From assembly GCA_963783355.1 (NCBI GenBank), contig CAWANF010000001.1:520728-584727 (forward strand): a stretch of 64,000 nucleotides of DNA, given 5' to 3'. A program made the translations under genes and the position numbers. Of the stretch, positions 48,283 to 57,938 are shown piece by piece. How positions within the stretch are numbered: the stretch's first letter is position 1; each line of letters opens with the position of its first letter. This DNA is from an uncultured bacterium. Its GTDB lineage: Bacteria > Bacteroidota > Rhodothermia > Balneolales > DATFMH01. The notes under the pieces are model-generated. The model searched no databases, was not told the origin of the DNA, and was given only the letters and a program-made list of their open reading frames with translations.

Positions 48283-50616
48283 ATGGGGAAACAAAATATC
48301 TTTTCATCGATCATCAGGGCAGGATCAGTCATGTTTTTTTCACTTATTTTCACCCTGGTCTGTTCATCCGGAGTTTTTGCTCAATTGCGGGATTATTCTC
48401 TGCATCCGGAAAACCCGTTTAATTATCAGCATTTGAATTTGCAGCTTGAACTGGATGTGAAACAGGGCGTAGTCAAAGGGGAAGCAATTTATGATATTGC
48501 CCCGCTTGTAAACGGAGTTAAGTCGATGGTTTTGCAGGCAAACAGGATCGATATTCATTCGGTTTGGGTTGATGGGAAACAGATTCATTTCGATCTAAAA
48601 AAAGATTCGCTGATTATTGCTTTACCGAAAACTTATAGCGCGCATAAGACATTTCATTTAAAAATCATTTATGAAGCCCAGCCGATATTTGGACTTAACC
48701 GCGATGCCAAAGACACATACTGGACTTCTTTATTGCCAATGACCGCCTCACACATATTCCCTGTTTTTGATAATCCGGGGGTGGCGGTAACAACGAATAT
48801 AAAACTGATTGTACCGATTGATTATACGACGGTTTCCAATGGAGTGCTTGCAAGTACAAAAGCGATTCGCAGTGGTTGGAAGGAAGATATCTGGCAGTCA
48901 AAAACTCCGATTCCGGTGACAGACATTAGTTTCGCTGTTGGAAAATTTGATCATTCTGAAACGTTGGCTGGTACAAAAAAAATTCATCTTTTTACTGAAA
49001 AAGGTTTGCTGTCTCCGAATCAAAACACAGAATTGTTGAATAAAGTAAGTCAGGAATTACAGAATGTTCAAAATTATCTAAAGACCGAATATCCATGGCC
49101 GGCTTTAAATTTGGTTGTTTTGAGTAATGATCACTGGGAACAAAAGAGTTCGGCTGCTTCTTATGCCTACGTTTATGTAAACCGTGGTAATATAGATGAC
49201 CAGGTTGAAAGGGATATTTATTCTCAGTGGTTTGGGGCGTATCAGCGAAGTGAACAATATGCCGGTGCTGCAGGACAGATTATGATGCAGGCCTGGTTGC
49301 AGTGGTCGCTGAATCACAAAATTCAGGCAGAAAAAATTCATCGGGATACACTTTTGAATAAGCCTGTTTTTTATAATTTATACGATGTTCAAAATTGGTT
49401 GAGATGGCAAAATTATTTTAAAGATGAGCATGATTCACTATTCACTCAGGTCATTAATCAGACGTATGAACCTCTGATACAACAACATCAAGGTGTTTTG
49501 AATTGGGAAGATTATGCCCGTTTTTGGTATAAACATTCCGGATACTGGTTTGATAAACCTGAATTGCCCCGGGCAACATCTAATTCAAAGCTGGTATATC
49601 AGTTTCAGTATAAATATGATGCTGTCAATGGCCATTTAACGGTTTATGTCGATACCTTAAAAGGGCACAGCAACGAATTGATTACCCTGCCATTACTCCA
49701 GTATAACGGTGGAATAAAAAAGAGTGAGCTCACATTTTCCGGTGTTGGTGACACACTGAATATCAAAGCCAAGCCCGGGTTACTGAATGTGAATGTTGAG
49801 GTGCCGGATAGTATGAATATAGAAGTGATACAGAAGAAGCCTATTTCATTTTGGTTCTATCAATTGAGAAAGGGGACTAATGCCGATGAGCGGGCAGAGG
49901 CTGCACTTGGTTTGGGAGATCATACCGGTGACCCGGATCTTCAACTGGCTCTGGTTGATAATATGAACAAAGAAAATTCGCCGGCAGTCAAAGCGGCTAT
50001 TATCACTTCTCTGGCAAAAATTACGCAGGGCGCAACCGGAACGGATCAATTATTCACCGGCGCCATGAATACTAAAAATGATACGGTAAGGATGGCTATT
50101 ATTAATGCATTACGAAATTATCCGGGCGATGGTAACGCGATTTTGGCCATCAGGGGACTTATTCAACGATCGGATAACCCGAATATCGTAAAATCTTCCA
50201 TATGGACCTTACAGACCATAGATCATAAAGGGTTCCCTGATTTTGCCCGTTCGATGGTTCAGCGTGATTCTAATTTTGTTTACACAACGGTTTTGATGAA
50301 AACACTGGCAAAGAATGGGGATACTACCATGGTCAGAAATATGGCATCTCACTTCCTGGAACCTGGATATCCATACGCTGTCAGGGTGACCTCACTACGT
50401 TTTCTTGAGCAACTTGTGAAAAGTGATTCTGAAAACTGGAAGCACTGGATTGCCATGATGGTTCAGGATAATGATCCCCGTATACGATACCTTGGCTGGG
50501 GACTGGTCCATAAACTGTCTAAAGCTGATGCCGATAAATTATTCACAGAACTGGCTCCCGAAGAGAATGATTTGAGAGTTCTTTCCAGGATCAAATCCAT
50601 GGAACAACTGCAGTGA
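48283..50616 (+). CDS. M1 aminopeptidase-like protein lacking the zinc-binding motifs, with C-terminal HEAT repeats
   Basis: 777 aa with a signal peptide. It has an M1 N-domain pattern (FPVFDNPGVAVTTNIKLIVPIDYTTVSNG). Where M1 enzymes have GAMEN and HEXXHQWFG, it has NDHWEQK and ERDIYSQWFG. No HEXXH occurs anywhere in the protein. The C-terminus has HEAT/PBS-lyase-like repeats (ERAEAALGLGDHTGDP..., VRMAIINALRNYPGD). Confidence 0.7.
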   Translation: MGKQNIFSSIIRAGSVMFFSLIFTLVCSSGVFAQLRDYSLHPENPFNYQHLNLQLELDVKQGVVKGEAIYDIAPLVNGVKSMVLQANRIDIHSVWVDGKQIHFDLKKDSLIIALPKTYSAHKTFHLKIIYEAQPIFGLNRDAKDTYWTSLLPMTASHIFPVFDNPGVAVTTNIKLIVPIDYTTVSNGVLASTKAIRSGWKEDIWQSKTPIPVTDISFAVGKFDHSETLAGTKKIHLFTEKGLLSPNQNTELLNKVSQELQNVQNYLKTEYPWPALNLVVLSNDHWEQKSSAASYAYVYVNRGNIDDQVERDIYSQWFGAYQRSEQYAGAAGQIMMQAWLQWSLNHKIQAEKIHRDTLLNKPVFYNLYDVQNWLRWQNYFKDEHDSLFTQVINQTYEPLIQQHQGVLNWEDYARFWYKHSGYWFDKPELPRATSNSKLVYQFQYKYDAVNGHLTVYVDTLKGHSNELITLPLLQYNGGIKKSELTFSGVGDTLNIKAKPGLLNVNVEVPDSMNIEVIQKKPISFWFYQLRKGTNADERAEAALGLGDHTGDPDLQLALVDNMNKENSPAVKAAIITSLAKITQGATGTDQLFTGAMNTKNDTVRMAIINALRNYPGDGNAILAIRGLIQRSDNPNIVKSSIWTLQTIDHKGFPDFARSMVQRDSNFVYTTVLMKTLAKNGDTTMVRNMASHFLEPGYPYAVRVTSLRFLEQLVKSDSENWKHWIAMMVQDNDPRIRYLGWGLVHKLSKADADKLFTELAPEENDLRVLSRIKSMEQLQ

Positions 50617-50683
50617 GTGGCATCCAGCTATCAGTAAAAATTGATCTGTCGGTTGTCAGGTCCACCGGCCGGAGATTTTGGGT

Positions 50684-50717
50684 AAAAAAGGGGCAATTCA
50701 CGAATTGCCCCTTTTTT
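50684..50717. terminator. Bidirectional rho-independent terminator
   Basis: aaaaaaggggcaattc-ac-gaattgcccctttttt is a 16-bp perfect stem including the A/T runs, between convergent genes. Confidence 0.8.
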
Positions 50718-50765
50718 AAGTACTCAAAACTCTAAATACTTTAAACTTCCTGCACTCCAATAGTT

Positions 50766-52049
50766 CTAACTATACCGTATCCACTTGGCAATTTCCCTGA
50801 ACGACGGTTTTTTGCCATACATCAGGATACCTACACGATAAATCCTTGAACTGACCCACATTAAACCAAAGAATGTGAGGAGCATCAGGAATATCGATCC
50901 CCAAACCTGCCAGAGCGGGACGTCGGTAACCGCAAGCCGCGCTATCATCAGGATGGGTGTGAAAAGCGGAATCATTGAGGTAACAATGGCCATTGTGGAA
51001 TCAGGATCAGAAGCGACACGCATCAACAAAAGAATCGGGATGATGATGGGCAGTGTCACCGGAAATGACAGTTGCTGGATATCCGATTCGGAATCTGCTG
51101 CAGAGCCAATGGCTGCAAACATGGCGCTGTACATAAGATATCCCAGTATGAAAAGAAGTATAAAATAAATCCAAAGGGATATGCTGATGCTTGGCATATG
51201 GAAGCCGCTGCTGGCGGCCTGGGTAGCTGCTGCCGCCACTTCAGTTGGGCTTCCCATAAAATGCATAACCAACGGCACCATAAATGATGTGATGGCACTA
51301 ATGCTGACCGACCAGATAATAAATTGAGTAGCACCCAGTGCACCTACGCCCAATACTTTCCCAAACAGTAGTTCAAACGGCCGGGCCGACGAGGCCATGA
51401 CTTCCATAATGCGGCTGGTCTTTTCTTCAACGACTCCACGCATGATGAGCGTACCGTAAATGAGCATGGCAGTGTAAATACCGAAAGCCATCACGTAGCC
51501 CACACCAAAAAGAACGGCGTTATTCTGCTCTTTTTCACCCGATTTGGTCAGTTTTTTAGTCTGCAAAGAAACAGATCGTTTCATAATCATTTTGACATCC
51601 GGACCGACATTGGCCATACTCAGTAATTCATCCCGGATAGCATTTTGAATATCGTAACTGATATCCTGCGTAAGCATGATACCTCCGCCACCGGAATAAA
51701 TCAGTTCTGGTTGAGCATCACCGCTTATAACTTCCCGGGTGATAACAATGAAACCATTAATTTTACCTGCCAGTACCTGCGATTTCAAACTGTCGATACT
51801 GACTCCCGCTTCAGTAGTATAACGTTTCGGGTTTTTTTTGATTAACCGTTGTGCGATTTCACCTGTATGATCAACAATAACAAATTGCTGATTTTGCGAT
51901 GAGGAATTAAAATTCGTCAAGAGTATCGGAATCAGGATGATCGCTAAAATTATGATCGGAGCCAGGATCGTTGAAATGATAAAGGTTTTACTTCTGAGCC
52001 GGGTGATGTATTCCCTTTTGATGATGAGAAAAAGTTTATGAAAATTCAT
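50766..52049 (-). CDS. ABC-2 type transporter permease (NatB-like)
   Basis: 427 aa. It has an N-terminal TM helix, a large extracytoplasmic loop, then about 5 TM helices. A 4-nt overlap joins it to the upstream ABC ATPase gene. Confidence 0.75.
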   Translation of the reverse strand: MNFHKLFLIIKREYITRLRSKTFIISTILAPIIILAIILIPILLTNFNSSSQNQQFVIVDHTGEIAQRLIKKNPKRYTTEAGVSIDSLKSQVLAGKINGFIVITREVISGDAQPELIYSGGGGIMLTQDISYDIQNAIRDELLSMANVGPDVKMIMKRSVSLQTKKLTKSGEKEQNNAVLFGVGYVMAFGIYTAMLIYGTLIMRGVVEEKTSRIMEVMASSARPFELLFGKVLGVGALGATQFIIWSVSISAITSFMVPLVMHFMGSPTEVAAAATQAASSGFHMPSISISLWIYFILLFILGYLMYSAMFAAIGSAADSESDIQQLSFPVTLPIIIPILLLMRVASDPDSTMAIVTSMIPLFTPILMIARLAVTDVPLWQVWGSIFLMLLTFFGLMWVSSRIYRVGILMYGKKPSFREIAKWIRYS

Positions 52050-52975
52050 TTAAGACCTCCAAACTGATCATTTTTTATGTTGTCTTCACCGACTGTAGAG
52101 ATAAAAATTTCGTTTAAAGACGGCTGTACAAACTCGAATTTCCGCAGTTTGACATGATTAATGGCTTCTTTTAGTATCGATTGTTCGTCGGTGCCATTCA
52201 ATAAACGTATTTCAGCAAAATTGGTTGACCGATTGTTAACACGCACGTCATTCATCGAATCGATGAACGAGCCGTCGCCCTCAAATTCCAGGAGAACCGT
52301 ATTACGTCCAAATGAGCGTTTTACTTCGCTCAGTTTCCCCTGTAGAATCGCTTTGCCTCGGTTAAACAGACATATATCGTCGCACATCTGCTCGACCTGT
52401 TCCATACGGTGTGTCGCAAACAAAATGGTTTTACCCTGTTCCCGTAATTCAATAATAACCTGTTTAAGCAGTTCACTGTTGATGGGGTCGAGCCCGCTGA
52501 ACGGTTCATCAAAAATATAGATATCAGGATTATGTGCGATTGTCGCGATGAACTGTATTTTCTGCTGCATTCCTTTCGATAACTCCTGGATCTCTTTGTT
52601 GTACCAGCTATCTGCTTCAAATCGTTCCAGCCAGTAACGAATGGATTTCAAAGCTTCGGAATGAGAAAGCCCGCGTAACTGAACCAGGTAGAGAAGTTGT
52701 TCACCAACTTTCATCTTTTTGTATAACCCCCGTTCCTCAGGCAAATAGCCTATCGAATTCTGGCTTTCATGGTTTACGGGTTTACCAAGAATTGATATAT
52801 CTCCCTCATCTGGTGCAGTTATGTAGTTAATCATCCGTATTGTAGAGGTTTTTCCTGCTCCATTGGGACCTAATATTCCAAATATGCGTCCTTTTTCAAC
52901 AGAAAAACTGACAGCGTCTACGGCAGTGAATTTTCCATATCGTTTAGTTACTTTATTCAGTTGTATTACAGGCAT
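52046..52975 (-). CDS. ABC transporter ATP-binding protein (NatA-like)
   Basis: 309 aa with Walker A GPNGAGKTS, signature LSKGMQQK and Walker B IYIFDEPFSGLD. Confidence 0.9.
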   Translation of the reverse strand: MPVIQLNKVTKRYGKFTAVDAVSFSVEKGRIFGILGPNGAGKTSTIRMINYITAPDEGDISILGKPVNHESQNSIGYLPEERGLYKKMKVGEQLLYLVQLRGLSHSEALKSIRYWLERFEADSWYNKEIQELSKGMQQKIQFIATIAHNPDIYIFDEPFSGLDPINSELLKQVIIELREQGKTILFATHRMEQVEQMCDDICLFNRGKAILQGKLSEVKRSFGRNTVLLEFEGDGSFIDSMNDVRVNNRSTNFAEIRLLNGTDEQSILKEAINHVKLRKFEFVQPSLNEIFISTVGEDNIKNDQFGGLK

Positions 52976-53172
52976 TGGACTTCCGTTATTTTTGAAATTT
53001 GAGGTATACCCATACCTATGTTAGATTGACAATTACTTAAAATTTTGTAAAAGTTAAAAATAAACATTGTGTAAAATTTATGTAAGTATTATTGATTGCT
53101 CTCAATTATTTTAAAATATTCATTATTAAATGTTACGTTTAGTAACACGCTATCAAAGGGTTAAAATAAATT

Positions 53173-54627
53173 ATGCAGGTAATTCACATAAGTGCTGAGT
53201 GTTATCCCGTTGCCAAAACGGGCGGTTTAGGGGATGTAGTTGGTGCTTTACCAAAATATTTAAATCAAATAGATGTTGATTCATGGGTTGTAATTCCTAA
53301 ATACGATGTTTCATGGTTCGATAACCGTAAACTTGAAACGGTTCATGAATCGGATGCTATGCTGGGGGATAAACAGTTTCATTTTTCAATACAGCGAGAT
53401 GTTTCTGATAGTTTAGGTTTTCCATTATATGTTATTGATATACCCGGCCGTTTTAACCGGCCCGGAATATATATAGACCCGTACAGTGGTTATCCTTACT
53501 GGGATGAGACAGAAAGATTTTTCAGTTTTCAGATCGCTTTTCTTCAGTGGGTTAATACTTTTGAAGTTAAACCTGATATTATTCATTGCCATGATCATCA
53601 TACGGCATTGATACCATTTATGACTACAAATTGTTTCGAATTTTCTGATTTGAAAACCATTCCGACGGCACTGACCATCCATAATGGTGAATATCAGGGC
53701 ATTAATGATTTTGGATACGCACAATTGTTGCCGGATTTCGACTGGGGAAAATTCGGACTGCTGGATTGGAATAAACGTTTTAATAGCTTGGCTGCAGGTG
53801 TTAAAACGTGCTGGCAGCTGACGACCGTTTCAGAATCATATTTGCGTGAATTGCAGGAATCTTCGAAGGGCCTGGAATTGCTTTTAAAACATGAAGCAGG
53901 CAAGTCAAAAGGGATATTAAACGGGATCGACACTGACGTATGGGATCCTTCGAAGGATGAGAATTTGGTAAAAAATTATTCGCAGAAATCCATAACCCGT
54001 GGAAAAAATGAAAATAAAAAAGAACTGTGCGGTTATTTTGATCTGGATCCTTCACTTCCCACTATTTCTTTTATCGGGAGACTGGTCAGGGAAAAAGGAG
54101 CTGATCTTTTGCCCGATTTAATATCCCGGTTTTTAATGGAAGGGAATAAGGCAAATTTTATCATCCTTGGAACAGGCGATCCGGCTCTGCATCACATATT
54201 TGCGCAGATGGGCAGTCATTTTACCGGTTATTTCGATGCTACACTAAGTTATAATGAAAAGTTGGCTCATGAGATATATGCTGGCAGCGACTTTTTAATT
54301 ATGCCATCACGTGTTGAACCCTGTGGACTGAACCAAATGTATTCGATGCGATACGGAACAATTCCCATAGTTCGCAGCGTAGGAGGATTAAAAGACACCA
54401 TTATCGACATCGATTCAGACGGGTATGGTATACGTTTTGATGAATTCAATCTGGATGAGGCGGACATGGCTCTGAAAAGAGCAATGGCTTTATTCGAAGA
54501 TAAAAAACGCTTTAATTCGATAAGAAAGAAAATAATGGGACTTGATTTCTCCTGGAAACGGTCCGCTGAACAGTACAAATCAATGTATGATAATTTAATT
54601 CAATATTTAGACGAGGTCCTGACATGA
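53173..54627 (+). CDS. glgA: Glycogen synthase (ADP-glucose type, GT5)
   Basis: 484 aa. The N-terminus is ISAECYPVAKTGGLGDVVGALPK, and MPSRVEPCGLNQMY is present. Confidence 0.9.
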   Translation: MQVIHISAECYPVAKTGGLGDVVGALPKYLNQIDVDSWVVIPKYDVSWFDNRKLETVHESDAMLGDKQFHFSIQRDVSDSLGFPLYVIDIPGRFNRPGIYIDPYSGYPYWDETERFFSFQIAFLQWVNTFEVKPDIIHCHDHHTALIPFMTTNCFEFSDLKTIPTALTIHNGEYQGINDFGYAQLLPDFDWGKFGLLDWNKRFNSLAAGVKTCWQLTTVSESYLRELQESSKGLELLLKHEAGKSKGILNGIDTDVWDPSKDENLVKNYSQKSITRGKNENKKELCGYFDLDPSLPTISFIGRLVREKGADLLPDLISRFLMEGNKANFIILGTGDPALHHIFAQMGSHFTGYFDATLSYNEKLAHEIYAGSDFLIMPSRVEPCGLNQMYSMRYGTIPIVRSVGGLKDTIIDIDSDGYGIRFDEFNLDEADMALKRAMALFEDKKRFNSIRKKIMGLDFSWKRSAEQYKSMYDNLIQYLDEVLT

Positions 54628-55892
54628 ATAATTCCACAATTGCGGTAATATTAGGAGGCGGAAAAGGTTCAAGATTATATCCATTAACCAAAAGCAGATC
54701 AAAGCCGGCTGTTCCGATTGGCGGGAAATATCGCCTGGTTGATATTCCCATTTCCAACTGTCTGAATTCGGATATTCGCAGGATTTTTGTCCTTACACAG
54801 TTTAATTCCGCTTCGTTGAACAGGCACATCAAAAATACCTATCACTTCGATTTGTTCAGAAGTGGTTTTGTGGATTTGCTCGCTGCCGAACAAACCTATT
54901 CCAGTCAAAAGTGGTTCCAGGGAACAGCCGATGCGGTCAGGCAATCATTGCATCATCTTGAAAATACAGAACATGATTACGTCCTTATACTATCCGGTGA
55001 CCAGCTATACCAGATGGATTTTACCGAGATGATCGAAAGGCATATTAAAACCAACTCCCAGATTTCTATCGCAACGATTCCGGTTAACAGTGGTGATGCT
55101 ACCGGATTTGGCATCATGCAATCCGATGAAAGTCATACCATTAAGAAATTTATCGAAAAACCGTCAATGGACGTTTTGGACGACTGGAAATCGGATGTGA
55201 GCGAGGAAAATAAAGCCAAAGGGAATGAATACATGGCATCTATGGGAATTTATTGTTTCAACAGGAATGCTTTGTATGAATTATTTAATAATAGTCCTGA
55301 TGCTAAAGATTTTGGAAAAGAAATCATTCCTATTGCGATCGAGTCTAATTACAAAGTTTCCAGCTATGAATTTAACGGTTATTGGACCGACATCGGAACG
55401 GTAAAATCTTTTTTTGAAGCGAATCTTGAATTGACGGACGCTTTGCCCCGGTTCAATCTGTATGATAATATTCGCACCGTTTATACGAATCCCCGTTTAC
55501 TTCCGGCCACCAAGATATCCGGCACTACCCTCGAACGTTCTGTTGTTGCAGGAGGAGGCATCGTAGAAGCCAGCCGTGTTGAGCATTCAATCATTGGGAT
55601 ACGTTCGCGTATTGGCCGAGGAACAACCATTGTCGACTCCATCATCATGGGTAATGATTTTTTCCCGACTTACGACAAAGTGATTGAAGACGGAGAAGAT
55701 CCGCATCTTGGAATCGGGGAACGCTGTTATATAAAGAACGCAATCATCGATAAAAATTGCAAGATTGGAAACGATGTCCGCATAAACGGAGGTACCCATC
55801 TGGAAGATGGTGATTATGGCAATTACAGTGTGGTCGATGGTATTGTTGTCGTTCCGAGAGGCGGCGTACTGGTAAACGGTTCTGTTATTTGA
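54624..55892 (+). CDS. glgC: Glucose-1-phosphate adenylyltransferase
   Basis: 422 aa. It has AVILGGGKGSRLYPLTKSRSKPAVPIGGKYRLVDIPISNCLNS and a left-handed beta-helix C-terminus. A 4-nt overlap joins it to glgA. Confidence 0.9.
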   Translation: MNNSTIAVILGGGKGSRLYPLTKSRSKPAVPIGGKYRLVDIPISNCLNSDIRRIFVLTQFNSASLNRHIKNTYHFDLFRSGFVDLLAAEQTYSSQKWFQGTADAVRQSLHHLENTEHDYVLILSGDQLYQMDFTEMIERHIKTNSQISIATIPVNSGDATGFGIMQSDESHTIKKFIEKPSMDVLDDWKSDVSEENKAKGNEYMASMGIYCFNRNALYELFNNSPDAKDFGKEIIPIAIESNYKVSSYEFNGYWTDIGTVKSFFEANLELTDALPRFNLYDNIRTVYTNPRLLPATKISGTTLERSVVAGGGIVEASRVEHSIIGIRSRIGRGTTIVDSIIMGNDFFPTYDKVIEDGEDPHLGIGERCYIKNAIIDKNCKIGNDVRINGGTHLEDGDYGNYSVVDGIVVVPRGGVLVNGSVI

Positions 55893-55913
55893 GTGTTAAG
55901 GTTGTTCCTCGTT

Positions 55914-55941
55914 GTAAGGTCAATTCATGAATTGACCTTAC
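55914..55941. terminator. Perfect 28-nt palindrome / bidirectional terminator
   Basis: gtaaggtcaattca|tgaattgaccttac lies between convergent glgC and the exonuclease gene. It shares the core CAATTCAYGAATTG with the hairpin at 50684. Confidence 0.7.
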
Positions 55942-55973
55942 ATTTTCCGTTCTCCATCTTCCGGTTTTTTTCT

Positions 55974-56690
55974 TTATGGATTCGGCCCTTTCTGAATTTC
56001 TACAAGTTTTTCCATGGCACGCGATCGCAGATTGTTGAATGATTCAGCATTGATGTCGCCCACGGTATATTTTAGATGCAGCCAGATCAGGTAAGTAGCC
56101 ATCACATCCTCATAGCAGTAATGTTCAATCTCATTCATCCTGCCTTCACGGTACATCTTCAGCACTTCATTGCCTTCTCCCGTTTGTTTGAAAGGAACTT
56201 CGATTAATAATCCGAGGTGTTTAAGTTTGGGCCATGAACTGGCACCGAAATTACTGAATTCATCAACTAGGTCTATGTTGCTTTTGCTGTAACGATATCG
56301 GATTTCATAGTTATTTAATCGGAGCGGTAATTGTAAACCATGCTTTAAAGCTCTGTACGTGAGTAGCGGTAAATCGAAACCACGGCCGTTATGGTGAACC
56401 AGTCCGAAGTCTTTATAGGCATTCAATGCAAAAATAATTTTCTGGAGGCCATCCACTTCGTTTTCGCCGCTCCAGGATACTTTTTGTTTAGGTTCCCCAT
56501 TGTTATCAATCCATAAACCAACCCACGATACAAGCCGGTGAAACATTGGAGGCATAAATCCGGTTTTATTGTGAGCTATTTGTTCGCCAGCCTGCTCCAG
56601 TAAGGTGTCATTGTCGTCGCTGGGGCCATCAACGGCTTTCCTGATTAAATCAAAATCAGGTATTGATTCAAAATCGAATACAAAATACAT
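55974..56690 (-). CDS. Predicted 3'-5' exonuclease, RNase H-like fold (PolB-exonuclease-related family)
   Basis: 238 aa. The N-terminal MYFVFDFESIPD (Exo I-like DxE), ...HNGRGFDLPLL and YCYEDVMATY (Exo III-like) match the DnaQ-like/PolB-exo pattern. Confidence 0.65.
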   Translation of the reverse strand: MYFVFDFESIPDFDLIRKAVDGPSDDNDTLLEQAGEQIAHNKTGFMPPMFHRLVSWVGLWIDNNGEPKQKVSWSGENEVDGLQKIIFALNAYKDFGLVHHNGRGFDLPLLTYRALKHGLQLPLRLNNYEIRYRYSKSNIDLVDEFSNFGASSWPKLKHLGLLIEVPFKQTGEGNEVLKMYREGRMNEIEHYCYEDVMATYLIWLHLKYTVGDINAESFNNLRSRAMEKLVEIQKGPNP

Positions 56691-56694
56691 AGTC

Positions 56695-57693
56695 TTATTC
56701 GGTTAGTTCACCGGCTAAAGAGCGTACAAACTGTTGCCGGATATGGTTTTTATCGTGATAATTGCCAAAAAGATACATCATTTTGGCAACAGCTGCTTCG
56801 GTAGTCATGTCTCCGGCGCTGAGTATACCGTGCTCCAATGCAATCTGACCACTTGAATATTTCTGAAGATTAACAGAGTCGTAGTCGGCCTGTGAGCGCA
56901 TTACCAATAATATATCTTTCTCTGTGCAACGATCAATAAAAGGAAGCAGGCTGTAAGATCCGGCAACCGGGAAATTACCACAGCCGAAGCCTTCAATGAT
57001 GATAGCATTAGGTGACGTTTCCAATAAAGGAAATAAATATTTGGAGTTCAGCCCGGGAAATATTTTTAAAACGAAAATTTCATTATTGAACTTTGGTGTG
57101 ATAGAAAATCGTCCCGAAACAGATGGTGCGACAAACTTTGTGTCTATAGTCAGGCCGATTTCTCCCAACGGTGGATAATTCGGAGTAGAGAAGGCATCAA
57201 AGTCGTTGATACTCATTTTGGTTGATCGATTACCGCGAAATATGCGATCATTGAAGCAGATAACCACCTCGTTAAACGGCATGGTAGAAACTTCGACGGC
57301 ATTGATGAGATTACGGCGTGCATCGCTTCTTAAATTGATAATAGGAACCTGGCTGCCGGTCAGTACTACCGGTTTTCCAAGATTTTCAAGACAAAATGAT
57401 AAAGCCGAGGCCGTGTAAGCCATGGTATCAGTGCCATGCAAAATCACGAAACCATCATACTTTGTATAATTATCAAAAATACATTGGGCGATTTTAATCC
57501 AATGAGACGGGTTTAAGTTGGAACTGTCTTCAGAAAACAAGTTAAATGTGTCTATATCTGCGAGTTGAGACAATTCCGGCATTGATTTTCTAACAATATC
57601 CTCGGATGTTAAAGGATCAATTTCAGTTAATTCATTTGCCTGAATGCGCATGGCAATTGTTCCGCCGGTTTGAATTAACAAAATACTTTTCAT
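56695..57693 (-). CDS. ansA: L-asparaginase, type I
   Basis: 332 aa with the catalytic motif LLIQTGGTIAM and HGTDTMAYTASAL. Confidence 0.9.
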   Translation of the reverse strand: MKSILLIQTGGTIAMRIQANELTEIDPLTSEDIVRKSMPELSQLADIDTFNLFSEDSSNLNPSHWIKIAQCIFDNYTKYDGFVILHGTDTMAYTASALSFCLENLGKPVVLTGSQVPIINLRSDARRNLINAVEVSTMPFNEVVICFNDRIFRGNRSTKMSINDFDAFSTPNYPPLGEIGLTIDTKFVAPSVSGRFSITPKFNNEIFVLKIFPGLNSKYLFPLLETSPNAIIIEGFGCGNFPVAGSYSLLPFIDRCTEKDILLVMRSQADYDSVNLQKYSSGQIALEHGILSAGDMTTEAAVAKMMYLFGNYHDKNHIRQQFVRSLAGELTE

Positions 57694-57938
57694 AATGTTT
57701 TTGATATTTTAAAATTCAGAGAGTTAGGGTTTGAAGCCCGATTTTGTCTCCTTCTGCAAAAAATGTGTTGTAATAGTGCGTTTTTTGAAATGATTATTAA
57801 CTGAAATTTCAATTAATTGTAACTGAAAATAAGAAACAAAATTCAGGATAGGATGAAAAATGTAATCTAAAAACCTGAGAAGTCTCATCCGTAAAATTCT
57901 GATAGTCCTATGAATGCCTATTAGTAAGGAGTTACGCT

